DNA from: a virus
Length of the DNA stretch: 64,000 nucleotides
Direction: 5' to 3' (one strand)
Virus record (IMG/VR): IMGVR_UViG_3300045988_108212
Span: 93,286-157,285 of that record
The notes under the pieces were generated by a model, which was given only the letters and a program-made list of their open reading frames with translations, was not told the origin of the DNA and ran no database searches. How positions within the stretch are numbered: the first letter of the stretch is position 1; each line of letters begins with the position of its first letter. The translations under genes and the position numbers were made by a program. Positions 6,563 to 15,683 of the stretch are shown piece after piece.

Positions 6563-8632
6563 TTAAAATTTAATTTTAAGAACTCTTTCAGTTGCACCCT
6601 TGACTTTGACGATCACATCATCTCGTTTTGTAGAACTGAAACCAATTCCTGATAGCTGATTTGGGTCATCTGCGACATGCATCTTACTTCCTAAAGCCTC
6701 GAATACTCTCTTGTGCTGTACTAATTCCTGCTTCAAAAACTCATTGAAGAATCCATTTGGAGTATCTTCATTCACACATCCGTTTAACATGAACAGATAA
6801 TGTTTATGCCCAATACCTGTCTGTTCGTCCCAATAGTTAGGTGAATAACACATTACTGTTACTGGCACAAACTGATTTGTATTGATTCCCCAGATTTCTC
6901 TTGAAGATGTTGTTGATGGAAGTTTTTCTTTGATTGTGAACACTCCATCTTTTAATGTAACTGTAGCTACTGGCACGTTCTGTCCCTGTCTTAAAGGCTG
7001 ATCATATTCAAATTCGTAAATCTGACCATCAAATTCAATCTCGGCTGTAAATCCAGATGTACCATTGTTATGACAATAATTGTGTACGAAAAAATCATAA
7101 TCTCCATCAACCATTTTAGATTTATCTGCCCATGTGATATTTTCTACAGCAGGTTTTCCTTTTTCTGGATTGATTACATCAACATCAAGTCTGCCTCGTG
7201 TCACGTGATCAACCATATGGCTAAAGAAAATATGCTGACAAGGTGTTTTACAATGTGCATCAAAATCATCCCTATTCCAATCTTTTCCTGCATTCCACTG
7301 AATTGAAAATCTTAAGACTCCATCGACTGCTCCACCTGCGTTCTTAACTCTTTCTTTCATTTCGCTATCTGTCATATTTCCTGTGTATGCCCAACTGAAA
7401 GGATTACTCCACTTCATCATATTCTTAGCATCTTTATTTACAGGTGCGATCAGCGAAACCATATTCTTCTTGTGACGATTTTCAAACAGAACTTCTAATT
7501 CTTTTGCTGTTGGTAGAACATCTGATACAAATTTCTCTGCACTGATCTCTTCTACTTTAGAAAATTTCTTAGGATTTACAGCGACTTCCTTGCTCATCTC
7601 GTCAAAAATATCTAAGCCACCCTGGATACGTGGTGCTGCATCACGATTACAAAACAGAATATTGTTTACTGTAATATCATCAAGTCTTGCAAATCTACGC
7701 TGCAATGAATCCATATATCCTAAATCCGTTACAGTTTTCTTTGCATCCTCAAGCATTTTCTTAGTAAAAATTGCCTTTGGTCGTTTATAATTCGCAGGAG
7801 CTACAACATTTTCATAAGCCTTTACTGCATTGTCTAAGTCCATACCTTCACTGATATTTACAAGTAATGTACCGATACTATGATTTCTAATACGACCAAC
7901 TACATCTCCGATCGTCATGGCTTTTGTCCATGTGTATGTATCTTTTTCTTCATCAGACAAACCATTGTATTCTCGCTGATATTTTCTAAAATCTTTTAAT
8001 ACTTTTGCCCATTCCTGTCCTCTGTAAAGAGTGTTTGAAGCAATCAGTTCTAACACTGTATCAACAGCTTCTTCTGTGATTTCATCAAGTGATCTTTTGA
8101 ACACATTCTTTCGATCTCTAACTTTTGCTTTTACTGTAGGAATATCAGATTTCCTTTCCAGTAATCTCTCTGGAATCGGTGTATACATATGAGTCCATTT
8201 GATAATCTGCTTATCTTCTGTATACTCATTTGTCGTTTTTGTACCAACTGTATTTGTAAAATGTCTCCAAATATCTTTAATTGGCTTTGATTCTACATAT
8301 GTTCGTAAAGCATCAACTACTGGCTGAAATACGGCATCTTCAGTATCAATTTCCCAGATTGTATGAATCTTGCCGTCAACAATTGCCACAGCTCCACCGA
8401 TTGTTTTAATAAAGTTTCGGCAATGACCACAGTCATATTCTCGTCGTTTGCGATACATTTTGTTTGTTCCTTCAGGAAAACTACTCAGATATACTTCCCA
8501 CAGCACATCTTTATCAATATCAGTTTCATACAATGTAGAATTGTTTTTCTCTACATAGTCGAGCATTTTATTTAAACGCTCTGACAATTTGTTTAAAAAA
8601 TTGCTCCAGTTTTCATTCATTGGTGTGCACAT
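6563..8632 (-). CDS. large conserved-looking hypothetical protein (689 aa)
   Basis: Long uninterrupted ORF with GGAGATAAATT SD. It has an N-terminal YDCGHCRNF CxxC motif and a C-terminal block LRFSIQWN..DFDAHC..LDVDVINP..VENITW..FVHNY..AEIEFDG. I cannot name the family. Confidence 0.75.
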   Translation of the reverse strand: MCTPMNENWSNFLNKLSERLNKMLDYVEKNNSTLYETDIDKDVLWEVYLSSFPEGTNKMYRKRREYDCGHCRNFIKTIGGAVAIVDGKIHTIWEIDTEDAVFQPVVDALRTYVESKPIKDIWRHFTNTVGTKTTNEYTEDKQIIKWTHMYTPIPERLLERKSDIPTVKAKVRDRKNVFKRSLDEITEEAVDTVLELIASNTLYRGQEWAKVLKDFRKYQREYNGLSDEEKDTYTWTKAMTIGDVVGRIRNHSIGTLLVNISEGMDLDNAVKAYENVVAPANYKRPKAIFTKKMLEDAKKTVTDLGYMDSLQRRFARLDDITVNNILFCNRDAAPRIQGGLDIFDEMSKEVAVNPKKFSKVEEISAEKFVSDVLPTAKELEVLFENRHKKNMVSLIAPVNKDAKNMMKWSNPFSWAYTGNMTDSEMKERVKNAGGAVDGVLRFSIQWNAGKDWNRDDFDAHCKTPCQHIFFSHMVDHVTRGRLDVDVINPEKGKPAVENITWADKSKMVDGDYDFFVHNYCHNNGTSGFTAEIEFDGQIYEFEYDQPLRQGQNVPVATVTLKDGVFTIKEKLPSTTSSREIWGINTNQFVPVTVMCYSPNYWDEQTGIGHKHYLFMLNGCVNEDTPNGFFNEFLKQELVQHKRVFEALGSKMHVADDPNQLSGIGFSSTKRDDVIVKVKGATERVLKIKF

Positions 8633-8653
8633 AATTTATCTCCTTTTTATGTA

Positions 8654-9958
8654 TTATTTAATTGCTACGAATTTTTCATCCTGTTTGTTGTCATTAATAT
8701 ATATTTCTTTGCCCTTAAGTTCTGGAAAATATTTCTTGGCAAGTTTCTTGAATTCATTAATATTTTTAAGACTTTCGTCATCATATGAATCAAACAACAT
8801 TTCATCTTTGATTTCCCTAAAGAACTTCGCATGAGGTAAACCTTTTCTTTCCTCTTCTCTCTTCTTATCATTCTCAAGAATCTCTTCTAATTTACATAAA
8901 TTCTCTGTCACTTCAATGCAGCTACTTGGATATTTCACATATTTGTTTGTCCAAAAATCAACTGCATCATGAGCACCTGCATTACCAAACAGGTATTTTA
9001 ATACACAAGTCTTGAAACCTTCTTCTCTGTTAAATCTGTCGAATCTGCTTGTATAAGCAACAGTTTCAGTACCACAGTTCCAAACCACCTTAACCATACC
9101 TCTGTAAAATTTAGCCTTAGTTACTGGTTTACCACCTCTTTCGAGTGGCTTACCATTACTATCTAAAACAGGTTCCCTAACTGTCATCTCTTTGTCTACA
9201 TAAATAACTTTTTTGATTTTGTCTTTTAATTTTTCTGTATTCATATCTTTCTCCTCTTCGTTTCCTGTAAGTTCACTCATGATTTCATCCAATTTTTCTG
9301 GCGCAAATGTTAAAGTTGCACTCATTTCACCATTCCAATCAATATGTGTTGGTGCATAAGGACTCAACCCACGGTCGTCATGTATCATCCACGATTTCCC
9401 TGTGGTTGAAAGCTCACCAGCCTCATTCTTTATTGGTTCTGACGTTGCAGTAATTGGTTTTTGTTGATAGTGTGACAGAGCAGACACTCTTCTTTCTGAG
9501 AGTGACGGTAGGGTTAATGTATCAACCTGTATTTTGTCGGCTGAAATCGTACCTGTCTGAATCTCAATATCTTCATTCATTGTTCCACGAATAAGCACAA
9601 CCTGTAGTTCATCTGAAGTTCGAACAACACAATTAATATACCTATATAAATCACCATCAAACCACATCTTATTATTACTATTTATTTTCGTATATATTAA
9701 ATGATGTAACCCTGTAGCTGTTGGATCAATGGCTTTATCATCTTCCCCAAATACACTACATACAGGCAAAAGTTTTTGAAAGCTCGATCCTCTACTTCTG
9801 TTATATTCGACACTTACTACCTTGAAAAGTACATTCTCAACATCGGAAAATACTTGTATATAATCTCCAATGCTCAAACGAATTTCATCATCACTATCAA
9901 GTCTCTTTCTGTGTCTGCCTTTAGTCTGCACCCAAACGCCCGTTTTATTTTCATCCAT
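8654..9958 (-). CDS. hypothetical protein (434 aa)
   Basis: Long ORF with GAGAGGAGAATTAT SD; no family recognised. Confidence 0.75.
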   Translation of the reverse strand: MDENKTGVWVQTKGRHRKRLDSDDEIRLSIGDYIQVFSDVENVLFKVVSVEYNRSRGSSFQKLLPVCSVFGEDDKAIDPTATGLHHLIYTKINSNNKMWFDGDLYRYINCVVRTSDELQVVLIRGTMNEDIEIQTGTISADKIQVDTLTLPSLSERRVSALSHYQQKPITATSEPIKNEAGELSTTGKSWMIHDDRGLSPYAPTHIDWNGEMSATLTFAPEKLDEIMSELTGNEEEKDMNTEKLKDKIKKVIYVDKEMTVREPVLDSNGKPLERGGKPVTKAKFYRGMVKVVWNCGTETVAYTSRFDRFNREEGFKTCVLKYLFGNAGAHDAVDFWTNKYVKYPSSCIEVTENLCKLEEILENDKKREEERKGLPHAKFFREIKDEMLFDSYDDESLKNINEFKKLAKKYFPELKGKEIYINDNKQDEKFVAIK

Positions 9959-10153
9959 ATAATTCTCCTCTCTAATGTATCAATTTGTTACTTTACATTT
10001 TCACGGTATTGATATTCATCGACACTCAATACCTGCGTACCCATCTCTAGTACCAAGACGGTACTGGAATTTATCTCCTTTCTAACATAATATTTACATT
10101 TTAATTTTGCACAAATGCCTGTGCGAGTCATTACATATAATAAGGAAGAAACT

Positions 10154-10804
10154 CTACCCAATTATATTCTGGATAAGCTCATAATACTTTGTCCTGCCGA
10201 CATACGACTTATGTTCTGCATCTTTTAATTCTTTCTTCAAAGTACATATATCTTTCTGATTATCCATGCAATTCTGCATCACTTCTATGTATCGAATACA
10301 ATTCTTGATCTTTCTATGCAATTCTTGTAAGGTTTTAAGATACCCAACAATCACTGCACGTTTCGCAGCATCAATCTTTTTAAACTCAATCGCATGAAGA
10401 ATATCACTTCTGGCAGAATCGGCATATGATAATGCCTGTTCTAATTCAAACTTCTTTTCTCCTAATTGATCTGAGTCATATGCTAGAAGTCCTACTATAG
10501 CTCTTTCCTCAGTCTCTATATTGTCGATCAATGTATTATCACATTCCCAATCCATAAAGCAATTTCCATTACTTTTACGCATTATTTCACTAGATTCCAT
10601 AGGTTTTCCAACTTTACCTAGCTCAATTTCTCTGGCATGAAATCCGTCTTTCATCCACGTATATTTATGCTTCAAACCTAAAATGTGCTTTGCTTGCTTA
10701 GAGGTAAATTGAGTAGCTTCAGACTTACGATTATCACGAACGTATTTATTTCTTGCATGATCTCTTTTCACATAGAACTCTCCATTCGTAATTATGTATT
10801 TCAT
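10154..10804 (-). CDS. hypothetical protein
   Basis: 216-aa ORF with CAGGAGTGATGT SD. Confidence 0.7.
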   Translation of the reverse strand: MKYIITNGEFYVKRDHARNKYVRDNRKSEATQFTSKQAKHILGLKHKYTWMKDGFHAREIELGKVGKPMESSEIMRKSNGNCFMDWECDNTLIDNIETEERAIVGLLAYDSDQLGEKKFELEQALSYADSARSDILHAIEFKKIDAAKRAVIVGYLKTLQELHRKIKNCIRYIEVMQNCMDNQKDICTLKKELKDAEHKSYVGRTKYYELIQNIIG

Positions 10805-10850
10805 ACATCACTCCTGTATTTAATTGTAGTTTTTTGGAAAAATTTTCATG

Positions 10851-10879
10851 TTGACGAACATGTTTAGAATTGTTATAAT
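10851..10879 (+). promoter_or_regulatory. near-consensus sigma-70 promoter on the strand opposite the surrounding genes
   Basis: TTGACG (10851-10856), a 17-nt spacer, then TATAAT (10874-10879). Confidence 0.55.
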
Positions 10880-10885
10880 GATTTT

Positions 10886-10981
10886 AAGGATAATAATATC
10901 CTTATCTATTAAACAATTCTAAATATCAAATTCGATTTTCTATCGTGCTGCCAACACGGTAGATTCAAAAAATCTTTTTTT
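10886..10981 (+). ncRNA. candidate ~95-nt small RNA
   Basis: It starts just after the 10851 promoter. There is an 8-bp hairpin TAAGGATA-ataa-TATCCTTA (10885-10904) and an 8-bp hairpin CTATCGTG-N7-CACGGTAG (10940-10962). A T7 run follows at 10975-10981. No ORF or SD is present. Confidence 0.35.
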
Positions 10982-10997
10982 GTTATCTATGATTTGT

Positions 10998-11363
10998 TTA
11001 GTTGAAATTTTTAGTTTGTGTGAAAGTAGAAGTTTTACCAAAGACTTCTGCTTTCTTTTTTATTGTCTGTATTTTTATTCCAACATTGTATCTCTCTTTG
11101 TATGTAAATTGCAGGCATTTGATTATGTCAAATATGTCGTCCTGCCTAATATGAGAGAACAAATTCTCATCTTGAATAAATTCGATCCAATGATATGAAA
11201 GATCTTTATCTTTGCCATAGATCTTCATCTTTCTATCATCTGCTCGAATCTTATATTCACTCAGAAACCACGATGACATTTCTGATGAGTGTAAATCAAG
11301 TACATCAATATGCATTTGATTTGATTGATTCGCTACCAATGTTTTTAATATTTGATTGTCCAT
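10998..11363 (-). CDS. hypothetical protein
   Basis: 121-aa ORF with AAGGAAGGTATATGT SD. Confidence 0.7.
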   Translation of the reverse strand: MDNQILKTLVANQSNQMHIDVLDLHSSEMSSWFLSEYKIRADDRKMKIYGKDKDLSYHWIEFIQDENLFSHIRQDDIFDIIKCLQFTYKERYNVGIKIQTIKKKAEVFGKTSTFTQTKNFN

Positions 11364-11377
11364 ACATATACCTTCCT

Positions 11378-12394
11378 TTATTCTGTCATAATTTGATGTA
11401 CACGATAATTCTTATAGTCCTCATCTTTATATAAATAACCAATAGTTTTACCAATTACAGTTTGACGATCACTAAATTGTTTCTTTTTTAATCTATATGA
11501 TATATAATAATTATAATAAAATTCAATTGCAATTTCACTAAATTGACGTGCGATTATAGATCGTGCGATTCCTTCTTTTGATTTAATATAATATAAATCT
11601 GCAATTGCCTTGATATCCATTTTAGATTTTAAATATTGTATAAAACCAGAATTAATAACATCAATGGTTGTCAATTTCTCATAAGATAAAGTGTTACCAG
11701 TTAATTCTAATTGAGACTGCACATTATTATATATCCTCTTTTGCTCTGCTTGATATTCTTCTATATTATTACATTTTTTTCGTGGTATTAATACAAAATC
11801 ATCATATATATTCGTATCTCCCATTTTCAATTTATATTCATTCAATGTCTCGATAAAATCTTTGGAGACTGGTTTCCCAAAAATTGTTAAATCATTTTGA
11901 TTAATATCTGAGAATTTTAGATTTCTTAACTCCTTTCCATTTATCCCATTATATAAACTCACAATATGAAATCTAGTATTCAATTTGGTATCGGCTGATG
12001 CATTGCACGACATCAGATTCGAAATAAACGCATTTATTTTATCTGGTGTAACATAATTAACATTAACTCTATTTGAAAAATATATATCAACTGCTAATTG
12101 CAAGTTTATAAATTTATCATTAACAAATGGATTATATTTAATGTAATTTTGTTCATATGCATAAGTATATAGTTTAACGAGCTGGTCATATCTTTTTTTA
12201 ATAGAATTCATACTTTTGGTTTTTTTACCTCTAGTATCTGATAATATAGCCTCTTGGATTGTACCTGGTGCATACGTTAACCCAGATTCATTGTCGTCCG
12301 CAATATCAGAATCTAACAACCAATTCCATGTTGGGCGACGTGATTCTGATACGTGAGAATCTATATAATTTTGTATCAATTCTTTATTATTCAT
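11378..12394 (-). CDS. integrase-like protein lacking recognisable catalytic residues
   Basis: SAM-like N-domain pattern (YAYEQNYIKYNPF) and 'GKELRNLKFSDI' in place of the usual 'GLRxSEL..L.W.DI' box. No HxxR or terminal Y box was seen. The preferred start is the ATG after TGGAGAA (the ORF track begins at 12406). Confidence 0.45.
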   Translation of the reverse strand: MNNKELIQNYIDSHVSESRRPTWNWLLDSDIADDNESGLTYAPGTIQEAILSDTRGKKTKSMNSIKKRYDQLVKLYTYAYEQNYIKYNPFVNDKFINLQLAVDIYFSNRVNVNYVTPDKINAFISNLMSCNASADTKLNTRFHIVSLYNGINGKELRNLKFSDINQNDLTIFGKPVSKDFIETLNEYKLKMGDTNIYDDFVLIPRKKCNNIEEYQAEQKRIYNNVQSQLELTGNTLSYEKLTTIDVINSGFIQYLKSKMDIKAIADLYYIKSKEGIARSIIARQFSEIAIEFYYNYYISYRLKKKQFSDRQTVIGKTIGYLYKDEDYKNYRVHQIMTE

Positions 12395-12408
12395 AATATT
12401 CTCCATTT

Positions 12409-12858
12409 CTAGGATGCCATTGCATTCATGTACGATAACATGCCGTTTTGTATTAAAATGCCATGTCCTATTTTTAACATTAAAGATAGATCAGATATTC
12501 TTCCCCAATACTCTAAAAGATTATTCTTTGGAATTGTTCTTCCTTGCTCTAAATACACCTGTGATACCATTTTTAATCCATTACTGGTATTTGGATAAAT
12601 GGTTACATGTGTCGGTATCCAGTTCCTTAATTTTTTTGTAATTGGATACACGTTAATCTCTGTGCTCGTATTATTACAAATATTATTAGAATATACGATG
12701 ACTGGTCTTTTCCCATGCAAGATATGACTACCTTCAATTTTCGGCAAATCTGCAAAATATATTCCCCAAACTTGAGGATTTTGATATTTACCATATACAT
12801 ATTCTTTTCTTTTTCTGTTATCGTTTCCTTTTCTTTCTTTGTTAGTATATCCGTTCAT
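12409..12858 (-). CDS. MazF/PemK/EndoA-family toxin-like endoribonuclease with basic N-terminal extension
   Basis: IYFADLPKIEGSHILHGKRPVIVYSN..PITKKLRNWIPTHVTI..SQVYLEQGRTIPKNNL parallels B. subtilis EndoA [47 protein letters not shown]. The start is set at the ATG after GAGGGA, because the ORF-track ATG at 12918 lies inside the promoter. Confidence 0.8.
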   Translation of the reverse strand: MNGYTNKERKGNDNRKRKEYVYGKYQNPQVWGIYFADLPKIEGSHILHGKRPVIVYSNNICNNTSTEINVYPITKKLRNWIPTHVTIYPNTSNGLKMVSQVYLEQGRTIPKNNLLEYWGRISDLSLMLKIGHGILIQNGMLSYMNAMAS

Positions 12859-12908
12859 TTTTACGTCCCTCAACTTTCCCCAGTTGTATTTTTTATTTTC
12901 ATGAATTA

Positions 12909-12946
12909 AATATACCATACTTTTTGCACCCTGTCAATAGGTGCAA
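12909..12946 (-). promoter_or_regulatory. promoter with its -35 box embedded in a 7-bp inverted repeat (operator-like); twin of 38739-38776
   Basis: The minus strand reads TTGCACC-ta-TTGACA-g-GGTGCAA-aaagtatgg-TATATT (17-nt spacer). Confidence 0.6.
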
Positions 12947-13018
12947 GAAAGAAAGTTAATTTTTGTTGTGAACAAAGAATCTCTACATTTCTTATTATAA
13001 TGCTACCATAGAACAAAA

Positions 13019-13339
13019 TCAAGATATTTTTCGAACAGATGTTCTCTTTTTGTTCGAACACTTTACTTTGTGCTTACTTGGAAGGGGGAAATACTGTCTA
13101 ACTTTATGAGGCTTATCCAGTTTCCATTTCTTTTCTTCAAAATCATAGTCACAAAAATCAAGCACTTCGTCCACACATCCATCATTATATTTGTAATCCA
13201 CAATAACAGGATATGTTTTATACCTCATGTAACGTGATGCATTATCTGGTTTTAATGGTGGAATCTCTGCTGAAATCCACATAAGATTCTGGTTTGCTTT
13301 CTTTTCTTCCTTATTTTGTCTAATCGTATTTATCTTCAT
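13019..13339 (-). CDS. hypothetical protein
   Basis: 106-aa ORF with TAGGAGAATTTTGT SD. Confidence 0.65.
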   Translation of the reverse strand: MKINTIRQNKEEKKANQNLMWISAEIPPLKPDNASRYMRYKTYPVIVDYKYNDGCVDEVLDFCDYDFEEKKWKLDKPHKVRQYFPLPSKHKVKCSNKKRTSVRKIS

Positions 13340-13350
13340 ACAAAATTCTC

Positions 13351-14097
13351 CTATAAAATCCTAATAATTTGTTCGTAAATTGCAATCGCATTATCTCCTG
13401 GAAAGTTCTGGTTCACATGCATATGTCCAAAGAACCACTTTTTATATTCAACAGATTCTTTAATCTCTTGCAAATAATCCGTCAATATATCTGTTTTATA
13501 CACTCCTAATCCTTGGTCCATTTGACATAATACAGATGCATATGGACTATGTGTAATTATATAATCCACTTGCGATCCATTCTGCTTCAGATTCATCATA
13601 CCTTCTGTCATTTCCTCCTCTGAAGGCAATTCTTCTTTCCACCAGCTCACATGATTAATCCTAAACATTTTGTCATAATCTCTGTACCATTCATTAATTC
13701 TTGGATCGTCTGGCTCTAAAATTCCATCTTGCACATCATGGGAACTGGCACCGCCAAATGTAAAGAATTTCTTTACTTGAATTTCAAACACCTGTCCACG
13801 CATAAGATGAAATACAGAGTCTTTGATCTTGTGAATCTTTCCGCCACACCATTTCTCTACAGGATATTGATATAAGCGGTCGTAATTTTCATGATTCCCA
13901 CATACAAACAATGTAGTAAATGGCTTGTTATCTAACCATTCCAGATTATATCGTTCTTCTTTTGTGTCATGCCACAGTCCAAAATCTCCGCAGATAATCA
14001 CATAATCATCTTTGGTTAACTCAACTCCCTCTGGGAAAGAACGACTGTTTAATCGAGTCATCCAATCCCCATGTGTATCTCCTGTTACAAATATCAT
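13351..14097 (-). CDS. calcineurin-like metallophosphoesterase
   Basis: Motifs GDTHGD, GDFG, GNHE and HSP/GHMH occur in canonical order. The start overlaps the upstream gene's stop (ATGA). Confidence 0.85.
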   Translation of the reverse strand: MIFVTGDTHGDWMTRLNSRSFPEGVELTKDDYVIICGDFGLWHDTKEERYNLEWLDNKPFTTLFVCGNHENYDRLYQYPVEKWCGGKIHKIKDSVFHLMRGQVFEIQVKKFFTFGGASSHDVQDGILEPDDPRINEWYRDYDKMFRINHVSWWKEELPSEEEMTEGMMNLKQNGSQVDYIITHSPYASVLCQMDQGLGVYKTDILTDYLQEIKESVEYKKWFFGHMHVNQNFPGDNAIAIYEQIIRIL

Positions 14098-15044
14098 ACA
14101 ATTACTCCTTCCAATAACTCTTCTAATGCCTGCATATTATCTTCATGTACTCTATCATCTTGATCTGCATCATCTTTGCCAGTCTTATAAGCAAACTTGA
14201 TAATCTCCATAACTCTATCATAACTCACATTAACAACATTTTCCTTCAATCCGTTAAAAGCCCCACTGATAATTTCCTTGTATGTCTGCGCAATATCATC
14301 AAACAATACATGAGTTTCTTCCTCTGTGATTGTTGCATACAGAAATGTCATTGCAGGGCTACTATGATTCAATAATCTCATAAGTGTATACAATACGTTC
14401 TGATCATCTTTATGATCGACAAGTGTCCAATACACAAAGTTCTTTCGTAATGTATGCGTACCAATATTGTCCTCAATTCCAACTGCTTTAGCACCTTTTT
14501 TAACAAAATCCAAAGCATTTGCTTCAGTCATGTGTCCTGATCCAGACTTACATGTTCCAAAAACATAATCATCCATTGGCACTTCGCCATCAATCTTGAC
14601 ATCATATTTAGTTCCTGCAACAGCTTCAAAGAAAATATCCACTGCTTCAGTTACCAAATCGTTAAAGTATACAGTTCTGAATTTCTTTGTTTTCTTTTCC
14701 TGCTTACGAGTCTTATCGTCTAATAAATCGCCCCATTTGAGTCTGACGATATCAGAGATACGATATGCTGTATTGTTTCCAACTGCAACCAAAAGATTGT
14801 TTCTGGCAGCTACATATCGTTTGTACTCTGTGTACGATTTATCAATCTGGTCTCTAAAATATGCATTAAAGGCTGCAAATTGTTTTCTGTCCTTGATCGG
14901 ATACACTAAAGATGATACGCCTTTCTGTTTGTTAGATCGAGTCCATTTAGGACTTCCATCCTTACGTCTTTTAATCTTTGTTTCAGATTCTTCTGCGTTA
15001 TTATTGTTTACTGTTTCAATAACTTCAAACTGTGTTGCTGCCAT
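14094..15044 (-). CDS. tyrosine recombinase / integrase
   Basis: AYRISDIVRLKWGDL (Arg box), GTHTLRKNF (HxxR) and LLNHSSPAMTFLYA (His/Tyr box). SD is GAGAGGAGAG. Confidence 0.85.
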   Translation of the reverse strand: MAATQFEVIETVNNNNAEESETKIKRRKDGSPKWTRSNKQKGVSSLVYPIKDRKQFAAFNAYFRDQIDKSYTEYKRYVAARNNLLVAVGNNTAYRISDIVRLKWGDLLDDKTRKQEKKTKKFRTVYFNDLVTEAVDIFFEAVAGTKYDVKIDGEVPMDDYVFGTCKSGSGHMTEANALDFVKKGAKAVGIEDNIGTHTLRKNFVYWTLVDHKDDQNVLYTLMRLLNHSSPAMTFLYATITEEETHVLFDDIAQTYKEIISGAFNGLKENVVNVSYDRVMEIIKFAYKTGKDDADQDDRVHEDNMQALEELLEGVIV

Positions 15045-15146
15045 GATAATCTCTCCTCTCTAATTATTACACTGTTCACGTACTTCTGGTCTAATTTCTA
15101 CTTCGATTAATTCCATAATTCTTACTCCTATTCTCTAAATTTAGGC

Positions 15147-15173
15147 AAAATAAAAAGAAGCCCCTAAGCTTCT
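15147..15173 (-). terminator. rho-independent terminator
   Basis: The minus strand reads AGAAGC-ttaggg-GCTTCT followed by TTTTATTTT, downstream of the 15198 gene. Confidence 0.65.
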
Positions 15174-15197
15174 CAATCTCATTCTGTTATTCAATTT

Positions 15198-15662
15198 CTA
15201 CAATGGTCTAATAATATCAGGATTCATGATCAGAATACTATCACAATCCCAACCGTAAAGCTCATAATATAACTCATAATCACCTTTGGATAAATTAAGC
15301 TTAATTGCATCAACTCCATCTTCGACCATCTTCTCAAAATCTGGCACAACGCCCATTGTATCAAATAAATATTCTGGGAGATATCCCGATAGATCTTGCG
15401 TTGGAACCTGCTTTAAATCGGCTTTCGCTGTCCATTCAACAATATTTGCCGAATCATCCAATGTAAATTTAAAGTTTTTGTCTAGTTTATCAATTCTAAA
15501 ATCATTATCAATACACCATTTCTCCCACGGCTGATCCGCCTTTATATCCGATGCCCATAAACCTCCAAATGGTTTGTTAATCATGTTTCTGTTCACAATT
15601 GACATAAACAACTCTTTCTCAAACTTATCACTTCCGTAGTGAATATAAATATTTTCTGACAT
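15198..15662 (-). CDS. hypothetical protein
   Basis: 154-aa ORF with AAAGGATGG SD. Confidence 0.7.
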   Translation of the reverse strand: MSENIYIHYGSDKFEKELFMSIVNRNMINKPFGGLWASDIKADQPWEKWCIDNDFRIDKLDKNFKFTLDDSANIVEWTAKADLKQVPTQDLSGYLPEYLFDTMGVVPDFEKMVEDGVDAIKLNLSKGDYELYYELYGWDCDSILIMNPDIIRPL

Positions 15663-15683
15663 TTTTCCATCCTTTCGTCAAAC

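Noticed and set aside
8665-8877. Nested same-strand short ORFs inside longer genes (8665-8877, 33757-33978, 22859-23041).
   Set aside because: They are alternative frames within strongly supported longer ORFs. They have no independent SD or conservation signal visible.
14094-15044. Treating the window as an integrated prophage with att sites identifiable here.
   Set aside because: The recombinase sits mid-operon with no adjacent att-like repeat. No host-type genes flank either edge of the window, so integration status cannot be decided from this sequence.
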